A stretch of 63,356 nucleotides of DNA, filler included, from Stramenopiles sp. TOSAG23-2 (Eukaryota), in the NCBI GenBank assembly GCA_900128395.1. It is 7 parts of 7 records of this genome, joined end to end, with 100 filler letters (N's around TTAATTAATTAA, not from the genome) between each part and the next. Parts side by side here need not be neighbours in the genome. Positions count along the whole stretch, not along the records: positions 9,079 to 18,046 come from LT650136.1; positions 18,147 to 27,112 come from LT650137.1; 5 more parts are not named here. One strand, 5' to 3'. The notes under the pieces were generated by a model that made no database searches, was not told the origin of the DNA, and worked only from the letters and a program-made list of their open reading frames with translations. Shown here one piece after another: positions 12,101 to 21,700 of the stretch. The position numbers and the translations under genes are program-made. Every line of letters starts with the position of its first letter. Within the stretch, counting starts at the first letter, position 1.

Positions 12101-13827
12101 CATTAGATAAATTAGAATTTCTTAATTTCTTCAACGGGACATGCAATACTGGTAGAATTTTTCATGTAGATGATGGGTTTGAATTGAGTGGAGCAGATTT
12201 TTTTCAATTATGTGAAGAACTATTGCATGAAATGAAATATGAAAAAGTGGAAGAGATGCATATGGTGGAATTTGGTGAAGCAGACAAAAAATTACATTTT
12301 GATACGTGCACATGGCATGAATTGTTTGAATATTTGCGTACATTGAACATAAATGGTTTGCCACCAGAAGAGGGAACGTTAGATCCAAGTCATCCGGGTG
12401 ATAAAGCAGTAATAGAATATTGGCGTCATCGCGGGGCAGATTACCATCAAGAACATGAACGATCGAAGAACAATGAGGCAACAGGAAAAGTTGATAATGC
12501 TGGTAATGAGGAAAATCTAGGCAACAAATTGAGTCGGTTTTACGTAGATGAAATGTATTTGATTACCGTAACATGTTTACTTTTAATGAATTGTGGCTTA
12601 GTTTGTCTATATGGTGCATCATCAAAAGATAATACAGCTTCGCTTGATACAATTAACGGTTTATTTGTAATCTTTTGGTTTATCGAGCTTGTAGTGAAAA
12701 TAATAATTGTAGGGTATGACAATTACATCCATGTAAACGATGATTTTTTCAAAGAAGTAAAAAATAAAGTAGATGGTTTTGTTGTAGTATTTTCGTTTGC
12801 ATTTTTGATTATATTAGCAACACACCGTTTGATTGTGTTGAATACTGGCTATGTCTTTGAACCATGGAAAGAATGCTTATCGGCAGCAAATTGCGAAGTA
12901 AATGATTGGGCAAGAGTAATTGTATCCTTAAACGTGTTGCGCTTGTTTGGAGAGTTTGAAATGGTGAAAAAAATTGTCTTTTGTTTCTATGTTATCGTAC
13001 CAAATTATTTCACGATAATACAATTAACGGTGCTCTTGATATATAGCTACGCAGTCTACGGCTGTATAGCATTTGGTGGGACATTCAAATATTTACACAA
13101 TTACGACATGGGGCAAGCAAATTTCAATTCTATGACTGATAGTATTATTACGTTAATTCAATTGTATGTAGGTGAAGCATGGAATAGCGTGATGCTAGCA
13201 GCATTTGATAGTATCGGCAGTGGTGCTTATCCATTCTTTTTTAGTTATGTAATTATTAGTACATTGCTATTGACAAATTTACTTGTCGGTGTTATAATAA
13301 ATGGATTTAAGGAGACTGTTAATGTGCAAAAACATGTAGAATCAAAACGTTTGGCAAAAGTTCCATCTTTACTTATTCAACGAGCATTGAAAGAGGGTAA
13401 AATATCAGAGCCAAGATTAAAATTTGAATATGGTAAAAATAATGTTATGCATATAGAGCATAATCCAGAATTATTAAGACGAATGACATATAAGGCAGAT
13501 AGAGACTTATACGAAGCCGCAAAAAACAACAAGATTTTACAGGACAAGAAAAAAATGCGCCAAATAGAATTAGAACACAATATAACGCGCGCATCTAAAT
13601 TTGAACGATTAGTTGAAAGATCGAAAGATCAATTTGGATTTTACACTAACAATAGCCGGAAAATTATCTCACGATATGCTATGGTTGTACTGGAGGAAGA
13701 AGCTGAAGATAAGAAACGTATTTTTTCGAAAGATGGTGAATATAATAAGAAAAATACTAGAACAACGACTAAAGTTGATAAATCTGTTATTAATAAAATC
13801 GATATGGAAAAATTAGGGTTAGGATGA
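9106..13827 (+). CDS. dCache sensor / EF-hand / two-pore-channel-like (2 x 6TM) fusion protein, 1573 aa; may be 5'-partial
   Basis: TM - dCache (YIGTEEGSF, YNPKQRPWY, WSPVY, GVAAVD, AYIVENTGNIIA, GLNWVLI) - TM; EF-hand pair (DRNGDGNISYDE, DKNRSGSISYQE); channel repeat I with pore LFIYMITAENYPDVVYP; linker EF-hand DKDNGGSLDKLE; repeat II with pore TLIQLYVGEAWNSVM and S6 LLTNLLVGVII. The frame is open back to the contig edge at 9079. Confidence 0.85.
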   Translation: MLVKKSPIKRNIASMEKGVEVNPVIESDITKDSIDALNQYHIIFTPSIYHKFFIAVIIFACVSNVNYWFSAGEDVIDRQVNTLVFDLSVELQLKLEAFLKVPMGFVKMMSLFYHLEMLPSGLFNAGRDRNRADASNVGMLRAYPPDQRPFFCYIGTEEGSFLGAKIDPKYKPLGVLVSAKDNSTGKDLCTGDPYTVSYFLKTIGNHYHIRDSTSIVPKANGDLSIYSGYNPKQRPWYRSGIKMPYIPSWSPVYEFSSVYPPTIGITAVIGFNHSRRKNDFFGVAAVDYTLKQLNELLENTMEHISELLRDGIGTAYIVENTGNIIALSSGVPIIRQYSENGNFNRIHAAALCARRDQFPDECDPAISASFMELENRLEEGFFTNNLLEKNYPDGLEMEIGRGNELGVMMVRLSVLKSEEGLNWVLISGFGKRSFLAKFGRYKDLYLISSLGISCFAVLVGFLFSHGKLKRLYGKKKSIEQRKKDELDKKLVDDEVDFRQRIRTQTDIDSEDFFHEFRRLLAPTVLSANLVCRFNGNEAKPPKIYQTFRRLLLDKKEKGSSIFKQLDRNGDGNISYDEFLIGLSSLGYQTTEAEAELLFAALDKNRSGSISYQEIIEDENIILVESEATLAEKHRALEYLLLSENTECNIIDFLHLQRNNDVPRILAYKWFYSTQYFIFVTCSVILNLSLSFLEAPASSQNYFTKNKDEDGRILALKLVTILSILLYLFDLILEIWLFGIYEPDRSLKESRKVKTSHRRGKFDDINKRNITHQHTMLNKIIVGKIILMLFFIIDTIAPVYYTGRGVLSPIDNEDTQLLFLLPYTALLRAFWPMLRFGGIRTTLIIFTKTIYGARAVFFTFFITLMVFSMIGTTLLSNRFSYDTFDSFQSVYRSFSTLFIYMITAENYPDVVYPPTVCHNESIANSREGGVISAECNDSFIHIYTILASLSGTFLIVSLIIAAFEEGFISHMEKNRVDETIRSRMAIIAAFIILDKDNGGSLDKLEFLNFFNGTCNTGRIFHVDDGFELSGADFFQLCEELLHEMKYEKVEEMHMVEFGEADKKLHFDTCTWHELFEYLRTLNINGLPPEEGTLDPSHPGDKAVIEYWRHRGADYHQEHERSKNNEATGKVDNAGNEENLGNKLSRFYVDEMYLITVTCLLLMNCGLVCLYGASSKDNTASLDTINGLFVIFWFIELVVKIIIVGYDNYIHVNDDFFKEVKNKVDGFVVVFSFAFLIILATHRLIVLNTGYVFEPWKECLSAANCEVNDWARVIVSLNVLRLFGEFEMVKKIVFCFYVIVPNYFTIIQLTVLLIYSYAVYGCIAFGGTFKYLHNYDMGQANFNSMTDSIITLIQLYVGEAWNSVMLAAFDSIGSGAYPFFFSYVIISTLLLTNLLVGVIINGFKETVNVQKHVESKRLAKVPSLLIQRALKEGKISEPRLKFEYGKNNVMHIEHNPELLRRMTYKADRDLYEAAKNNKILQDKKKMRQIELEHNITRASKFERLVERSKDQFGFYTNNSRKIISRYAMVVLEEEAEDKKRIFSKDGEYNKKNTRTTTKVDKSVINKIDMEKLGLG

Positions 13828-14303
13828 ATTGCGTTAAAAATATATTCTATAACCTGTGGGCACATCCCATATTATCCCTGTGTTTCACTTACGATTAATT
13901 TTAAAAAATTTTTTATTATTATTAGAATTAGACGTCTATAGATCTATTAATTTTTCAAATTAAAAAAATATTTTTTTTTTTTCCAGATCCACAATATTGA
14001 TAAATAAGGTATATATTAATATCGACACACCACTACCTAATTGTGCCCCCAAATTAAAAAAAAAACACATATCCCGGCTCTTCTTTTCTCACACAACTAC
14101 CGTTGCCACACCCCCATCACCGCTTAATTTAACTTTACATAACTATATTTACGTTGTCCAGGTGTAGGACATAGAGCTTTATATATGTAGAATATTATAC
14201 GACAGGCATCTCTTATAGATGATATCAATACAGAAATAGTTGTTTTATAAAATAACTACACACACACACACATATATAGTTATAGTTAGAGACAAGACCC
14301 AGG

Positions 14304-16727
14304 ATGCCATTATTTGAATCTGCAAAGTTTGCTAAAGAAGCACGGGATGGAAAATTAAAATTAGGTATAACTAATCAAACTGGTTCTTTATATACGGCAG
14401 AAATGGCATCTGGTACAGGGATGGACTTTGTCGTGATTGATAGCTTTCACAGGGGTTTAACGCATGATGGTATACGTAAAATGGTTACTGCTTCTCAATC
14501 TAGTAATATAGGAAATACCGTTTCCCTCGTTAGAGTTGCTGGTCCACATGATAGGGCTGGCATGCAACAAACAATGGATATTGGTGGCGACGGTGTTATA
14601 ATACCAAATGTTCGTAATAAAAAAGAAGCAATGGAAGCAGCATCAGTTCCAAAATATCCTGGAGGTGGAGGTACTCGTTCTTTATATATGCCTATAAGAG
14701 CTCAATTGAAAACTGGCATATTAATGGGCCTTGTTAGTTTTGCAAAGGTACCATTTATTGCGTGTGAAACTTCTACTGTTGAACAAATCAATAATAGTTC
14801 AGAAATTGCTTCTGTTCCTCTTGTTTCTGCATTATTTGTAGATTGTTTGCAACTTGCAGCATCCATGGATTTATTTGCAAATGTTACTGTAAACGATGGG
14901 GAAACGTACGATAAATTTGTAGAACGTCTTGCTCAAATTGCATGCAGCAATTCAAAAGTAATTCAAGCATTAGCGAATGTTGTTGAATCCGCAAAAAGAA
15001 ATAATAAAGCAGCTGGATGTTTTTCACCATCTGCAGAAATGGTACCAATGTTGAAAAAGATGGGATTTAACGTCATTTCTGTTTTTAATGATGTACGTCC
15101 AATGACACAATTTTTTGAAAATTTTAATGTATCGGAAATAGAAAAAGTCGATTTGAAAAGTATTGGGAAAGGAAAAAATTTTACACGTAAACCATTGAAA
15201 GAGATGATTTCAACAAAAAATGGTATGGAAATTCTGGCTACTAGCAAAGATGGATGCAAAAATGGGGCAATCATTTCACGTACTCATTCATGTTCAGATA
15301 TTGAAAGATTAATAGGTTCCGGCGTTGATTGCTTAGTTTTTGATTTAGTTAATCATAATTTTACATATAAACAAATGGAAGCACAAATTTTTACTGCATT
15401 AACTTTCAATATTCCATGCGTAGCACGTTGTCGACATTATGATCAGATTCAAAGATCATTGACTGCTGGATGTGATGGCATCATAGTACCTGGAAATGAT
15501 GATAAAATTAATAAATGCATGGACATGTCTGAATTTTCAAAATTACGAGGATTAGCAATGTTACCAACTACAATTTACAAACGTTCTTTTCAAACTAAGC
15601 CGGTAATATTAGTGGAAGGTAAAACACTTTTATTTGATGGTAAAACTATGAAATCTGATACATTAACTGCTTCATATGTTCAAGTTCCGGATACAGTTCC
15701 AGAGATGATTAAAAATCGTATTGAAAAACAAAATCAAAAACAAGCTAAATTTAAAGCAGATGCATTGACTGGAGGGATCTGCCAAACTGGTCTTTTCATT
15801 AACTCTGCATCTCATGAAGTTATACTTGGTTTAGGATTGCTTGGTTATACATGGATGCTAGCTGATTTTCAACATAGTCCATATGATCAAGAAATGATTG
15901 AAGGATTATATGCTGCCGCACATTTATCGGATTCAATGATATTTAGCCGAGTTGGCGGATATGATGATTCTGTTGGTATAGGTATGTGCTTGGATTTGGG
16001 ATTTGATGGTGCTTTAATTCCATACGTAAACAATGCAAAAGAAGGACAAATTGGAATTGATTTATGCAAATTAGGTAAACGAAGGATGAATTTATTCCAG
16101 GAAGAGCAAAAGTTGAGAAATAATCTAGTACTATTTCAAGTTGAAACCGCAGGTGCAATGCATGATATCGATGCCTTGTTAAAACTGGATGGTTTGGATA
16201 TTGCATTTGTTGGCCCAGGTGATTTAAGTATGAGTATTGGTTTGCATGAACGTTACTCATTGTTAAAAAGTGTGGCTGGTGATGAGGTGGGTTGGTGCCT
16301 GGATACTGTTTATTCAGTTTGTAAAAAATATGGTGTTGTTCCTGGAGGATTTAGTAGAGGTGGTCCACCAATTAAATTTATGAGCCGTGAATATCGATTT
16401 TGTACTTGGGGAAGTGATTTGTATGGATTTTATGCAGGTTTAACCGGGCTTTATACCGGGAATTATGGTATGATAGTACCAGATGTGAAAAGCTTTTACA
16501 CATACTCGTTCTCGTCATTAGGTTGGAATCCAACTAAAAATGGAATGGTAATGAATCGTGGACAAACCAGGAATCTATTAATGAACCATATGGTTCCACA
16601 TATATTCAAACATAGTGGTTCACGTGGTAAACGATATGATATATCTATGCCTGATCAATTTTTCTCGGATATCGGAAAGCCAAATAATAACAAAGGTACT
16701 GGTAGTGGTGGTTGTGTGGTGATGTAA
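14304..16727 (+). CDS. Tandem-triplicated HpcH/HpaI-family (class II pyruvate aldolase-like) protein with C-terminal CaaX
   Basis: Three copies of the family pattern (DFVVIDSFH..LVRV..MDIGGDGVIIP; DCLVFDLVNH..ARC..LTAGCDGIIVP; WMLADFQHSP..SRV..LDLGFDGALIP..QVET..FVGPGDLSMSIG); ends GGCVVM. Confidence 0.85.
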   Translation: MPLFESAKFAKEARDGKLKLGITNQTGSLYTAEMASGTGMDFVVIDSFHRGLTHDGIRKMVTASQSSNIGNTVSLVRVAGPHDRAGMQQTMDIGGDGVIIPNVRNKKEAMEAASVPKYPGGGGTRSLYMPIRAQLKTGILMGLVSFAKVPFIACETSTVEQINNSSEIASVPLVSALFVDCLQLAASMDLFANVTVNDGETYDKFVERLAQIACSNSKVIQALANVVESAKRNNKAAGCFSPSAEMVPMLKKMGFNVISVFNDVRPMTQFFENFNVSEIEKVDLKSIGKGKNFTRKPLKEMISTKNGMEILATSKDGCKNGAIISRTHSCSDIERLIGSGVDCLVFDLVNHNFTYKQMEAQIFTALTFNIPCVARCRHYDQIQRSLTAGCDGIIVPGNDDKINKCMDMSEFSKLRGLAMLPTTIYKRSFQTKPVILVEGKTLLFDGKTMKSDTLTASYVQVPDTVPEMIKNRIEKQNQKQAKFKADALTGGICQTGLFINSASHEVILGLGLLGYTWMLADFQHSPYDQEMIEGLYAAAHLSDSMIFSRVGGYDDSVGIGMCLDLGFDGALIPYVNNAKEGQIGIDLCKLGKRRMNLFQEEQKLRNNLVLFQVETAGAMHDIDALLKLDGLDIAFVGPGDLSMSIGLHERYSLLKSVAGDEVGWCLDTVYSVCKKYGVVPGGFSRGGPPIKFMSREYRFCTWGSDLYGFYAGLTGLYTGNYGMIVPDVKSFYTYSFSSLGWNPTKNGMVMNRGQTRNLLMNHMVPHIFKHSGSRGKRYDISMPDQFFSDIGKPNNNKGTGSGGCVVM

Positions 16728-16878
16728 TATATCATATCATATTATATATATCATATATATTTAAAATATTTTAAAATAAATATTAATTTAATATATGCAT
16801 ATCATAACCTTATTTTTAAAACTCGTACACACATCATTACATACGAGAAGTATTGAATCGTATTTTATTCCCTCTCTC

Positions 16879-17811
16879 TTACCCCTTCGTTGGCATTTTT
16901 TTCATAATATCACTTATTTCTTTTTCATATTTTTCCGCTTCTTCCAAGTTATTACATTCTTTTTCCAAGATTAATAAATTATTGATTGTAATCAATGTAT
17001 TTTTATTTGTTTCACCAAAATATTCTTTCCTACCGTTCAATGCTTCTATGTAATATTCACGTGCTTTCTCATAATTTCCTTGTAATTTATACATATAACC
17101 TAAATTATTAATCGCAGTTAAACCAGCTGGTATGACAGTGGAATTTTTTTCCATATGTACACGAAAAATCGAAATACTTTCTTGCATCATTTCAATTGCT
17201 TCTTCATCACGTTCTAATAAATTTTTTATCATACTCAATGCACTTAAACTAGTGGCAATATCGGCATGGTTTGGAGCCAATACCTTTCTACGCAATTCCA
17301 AACTTTCAAATAAAACTTCCTCGGCTTTGGTATATAAATCAAATTTTTCCATTTCTGATACGTCACCAGATTCACCAGCTTCTGCCAAATCTTTAAAAGC
17401 GACACCAACATTATGTATAGCAGTTGCAGTGGAAGCATGTTCATGTCCGATCGAATTTTGATACGTTTCAACAGCTTGTGAATAAAAATCAATGGCTATG
17501 TCATATCTGCCTAAGCTCTTGTTTAATAACCCTAAATTATTCAAGGAAGCTGCATATACAGGGTGTTCAATACCAAAATGTTCTAAAGACATTTGATTTA
17601 ACATTTCTGCATGGTTTAACGCATCATCATATTCACAATCTAAATAGCATCTTCTGATGCGACGTTGAATTTGTGCCATTTGTTGCTCTACATCTTGTTC
17701 ATTCACGTTATTATTAAATATAGTAAATTGCCTCCTTGCCATTTTTTGTACGACATTAGTATTATTGATGGTCCGGCGTATTATTAATTTTTTCACCATA
17801 TATTGAAACAT
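16879..17811 (-). CDS. TPR_12 (kinesin-light-chain-like) repeat protein, possibly mitochondrial
   Basis: HPVYAASLNNLG, HASTATAIHNVG, HADIATSLSAL, LTAINNLGYMY repeats; R-rich, acid-free N-terminus. First ATG is at 17811; the ORF-track GTG start runs through a TA microsatellite. Confidence 0.8.
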   Translation of the reverse strand: MFQYMVKKLIIRRTINNTNVVQKMARRQFTIFNNNVNEQDVEQQMAQIQRRIRRCYLDCEYDDALNHAEMLNQMSLEHFGIEHPVYAASLNNLGLLNKSLGRYDIAIDFYSQAVETYQNSIGHEHASTATAIHNVGVAFKDLAEAGESGDVSEMEKFDLYTKAEEVLFESLELRRKVLAPNHADIATSLSALSMIKNLLERDEEAIEMMQESISIFRVHMEKNSTVIPAGLTAINNLGYMYKLQGNYEKAREYYIEALNGRKEYFGETNKNTLITINNLLILEKECNNLEEAEKYEKEISDIMKKMPTKG

Positions 17812-17971
17812 GTTGCTATATGTATGTAGATACCAATTTGAATTCGTAAATACATATATATATATATATATATAGATAGATACCACTTTCTATTCATAAA
17901 CATATATATTATATCATAAACGAATTCGATTTTACTCTTCTTCACTATCGATAATTGAAATAAATACTTGG

Positions 17972-18046
17972 TAACCCGATACTAATTGTTCCTGTGCCGG
18001 CCAGTTACCGATTTTCGGTACAAATTGTTTATTATACTTAAACACT
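17972..18046 (+). repeat. Contig-terminal repeat, copy 2 (near-identical to 8905-8978)
   Basis: Direct alignment shows one indel and a few substitutions over ~75 nt. Confidence 0.9.
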
Positions 18047-18146
18047 NNNNNNNNNNNNNNNNNNNNNNNNNNNNNNNNNNNNNNNNNNNNTTAATTAATT
18101 AANNNNNNNNNNNNNNNNNNNNNNNNNNNNNNNNNNNNNNNNNNNN
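18047..18146. other. Artificial contig linker
   Basis: 44 N + TTAATTAATTAA + 44 N. Confidence 0.98.
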
Positions 18147-18747
18147 GGTTGATGCTGCTGGGTTGGACGATTATTATTATTGCTGGAAGAGTTGCTTCCT
18201 TAACCTGATGGTATATAATGGTATAATATTAATATATTAATATTAATACTGTATTTTCCATTGTATATATAGTAATATTAATAGTAAAAATGAAAAAATG
18301 CCAATACTCTGTATATTAATAGTATTTAATTTGATAATAATCCTGATTTTTCAAAACAAAATAAAAATCACCGCGTGAATATGAGGAGATTTATACTGAT
18401 ACTATAATTTTTCATAGAGTTCAAAGGCACTTTTGCCCTATTTACAGGATACAGGTTTTCCATTTTCCATATTTTTTTCTGTTTTTCCAGTGCTACCCTA
18501 TGATATATCAGTTATTTTTATATTATCACAGAGTTTTTTTTTTAAAAAAATAGATAATGGCAAAACAATGATGCGCTAATCAACACTATAAACATTCTAT
18601 CATTTATACGACAAAACTATAAATATAACATTCCAACATTCCCAATATATTTCATGAAACAAATAGTCTAAGAGTAATATATTATATTATTTGATATGAA
18701 AAATTGAATAATAAGTTATTTGATATAAAAAATAGAGAAAGACAAAT

Positions 18748-21700
18748 ATGGCGAAAAAGTCTGGCGAGAATTCTATTACTGATAAAAATAATGTAAAAAA
18801 AGAGAATGATAGTAGTGACAATGTTGAAAAAAAGAAGAGCGAAAAGGCTGAATCAGTAACTTCAAAAGCAAAACAAAAAATTGTTGGATTTAGTACCAAC
18901 TCTGTATTTAAGAAAAAAGAGAAAAAGACAACGAAAGAAAATGGTGAAGATGTGAAATCACCAGCAGCTCCTAAAGAAAAGGTATATCGTAAATCGACAT
19001 TTGAGCTGTCAGAAAAAGATTTTGAAATATTTGGAACAGATAAGAAAATAGAAAAAAAACTTGAACAATTAAATGATAAACTAGGCGGGATAGAAAAAAT
19101 CATGAAATTATTGAAAATAGATGAACGTAATGGTATGTGTTCACCAAAGGAGGAGAAATACGCTGCCAAAGCTAAGAAAAAGCTAGATATTGCTATTGAA
19201 TATCGGAAATCGTTTGGTGACAATAAATTACCAAATATACCACCTAATCGTTTATTGCATTTCATCATAGAAGGTTTTGATGATATAACTTTATTAATAT
19301 TATTATTTGCATCTGTTTTATCATTTATTATTGGATTGGCTGATGATCCCATAAATGGATGGAGCGAAGGATTTTCAATTGTATTATCTATCGTATTTGT
19401 CTCTTCCATATCAGGTATGATAGAATATTATAAAGATCAAAGTTTAAATGCAATTGATAAAAAAAGTAATACATCATATTCTACAATAATTCGTGATGGT
19501 AATCATATGCATATTAAAAGTGAAGATCTTGTTGTTGGTGATTTAATTGTATTGGATGTAGGGAACCGTGTCCCATGCGATTGCTTAATAGTTGATGACG
19601 ATATATCATTATATACACAAGATTTTACCAATAGTGCTGGTGGTAGAAGCACAAGTCCAATGTTAATAAATGATAAAGAGAAAAATCCGTTTATTCTTTC
19701 CGGGTACGATATCGTTAAAGGAACATGTAGAGCTGTTGCAATTTCCGTTGGTGAAAATAGTCGGCAATATAAAGAAATTGTAAAGCGTAATTTAGAAACT
19801 ACAACAGATACTGCATTGCAAGGTAGACTTCAAGGCGTTGCAAATTACGTGACATACACAGGCATTTTTTTCGCGATAGTAATTTTTATTGTGATTGCTG
19901 CAACGTTTGAAGATGCAACGTATCGTGAAGGTCGTAGTGATGCAAGATATTTCATCGATGCGATTGTCCTTGCAGCAACTATTGTAGTCGTTGCAATTCC
20001 AGAAGGTTTGCCAATGACCGTGGCGATATCATTGGGATTTAGAGCAAACACGATTTTAGAACAAAATTTACTAATACGTAAAGTAAGTGGGAATGAAAAC
20101 ATGGGATATGTTACTGATATTTTGCCAAATAAAACTGGTACATTTACAAAAAACGACATGGTATGTTCAGCTGGTTGGTTTGCCGATTTATATTACAGTA
20201 CAAGTGATGGAATACCAAATGGTAAAAAAAAGTTTGAAAAATATCTTTATGATATTATACGAGAAAATATTGCACAAAATTCATCTACGACAGTTACATA
20301 TCACAAGAAAGTAATAAAGAAACAATCCATGGCTGCTAAAAGTGCAGCGTTTTTAGGTAAAATGATGGGCAGCGGGGAAAAAAACAAAGATAAAAAAGCT
20401 GAAAGTGGTAAACCAGAAGCTGAGCGTGATGGTGGTATGGACGTTCAAATATTTGGCACACAAACAGAAGCTGCTTTGATTCGAATGATGGTTGACAAAA
20501 TGGGTTGTGCAAAAGATTTTTTCATATATGAACGTAAAGTTAATGTGAGGAAATGCTTTTATACATTTACACCTAGTGCCAGGATAAGTGCAGCAGTTGT
20601 GGAGAAAAAAACAAATGGCAACGGGTATCGGTTATATGTAAAAGGTGCTGCGGAAACAGTTGTCAAACTATGTTTTAAATATCTAGATCATCGTGCTGAA
20701 ATGCAAGATTTAGATTATAAAAAGAAACAATATATTATCAACGATTTGATTGTTAAAATGGGAAGAGCACAATTACGACCGATTGCATTAGCTCATTGTG
20801 ATTTTGATGAAATAACAAAATTGAAATTGCCAACAAATCTAAAACAGATAGATTGGATATTTAAACAGAAATTAGTATTAGATGCTATCGTAGGGATCAA
20901 AGATCCATTACGTGATGGCATATCAGATGCAGTATTAAAATGTCAAAAAGCTGGAATTAAAATACGCATGGTTACCGGGGAACATATTGACACTGCACGT
21001 GCTATATGTACTCGTTTAAATATATTAAGCGATGAGAAGAATGCATATCTAGCGAGTGATTTAGAACGTTTATCATTGAGCCAAATTGACAAAATTTTAC
21101 CTTCCATTGAAATTATTGCACGATGTCCACCTGAATTTAAAAAAGGTTTTGTAAGCCGATTAAATGGCAAAGCATTGCCAAGAAATAAAAAAGAATGGTG
21201 TAAATTACATAACATCAAAGATACGGAATGGGATCAACAAGCATCACGCTTGTTGCCTGGATATCACGATGAATGGTATAATCATCATGTTCGTGATAGT
21301 AACATCGTTGGCGTTGTTGGAAAACATCCGGAAGATATTTTGACTTTAAGTGTTGGTAACATTGGCCTTGCGCTTGCCAAAAGTTCAACAACTGGAGCTA
21401 AATTATCATCAGATGTTTCAGCCATGGATGATAGCTTTTCAACCATTGTGAAAAGTGTTACATGGGGAAGAGCTTTGCAAGAAAATGTTCGAAGTTTTTT
21501 GCAATTTCAATTGACTACAAATTTCGTCGTATTGTCCTTCTCATTAATTATTGCATTGCATGGAGAGCAAGTTCCATTCAATGCGGTTATGTTATTATGG
21601 ACGAATTTAATTATGGATACATTGGCTGCAGTAGCATTTGGCACGGAAGCACCGTTTCACATGTCAATGGAACGTTTGCCATATCGACGTGATGCTGATT

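Noticed and set aside
18687-19409. 240-aa minus-strand ORF and the many similar short overlapping ORFs in the track
   Set aside because: Antisense or off-frame shadows of real K/E-rich genes, or TA-microsatellite read-through (IYIY runs).
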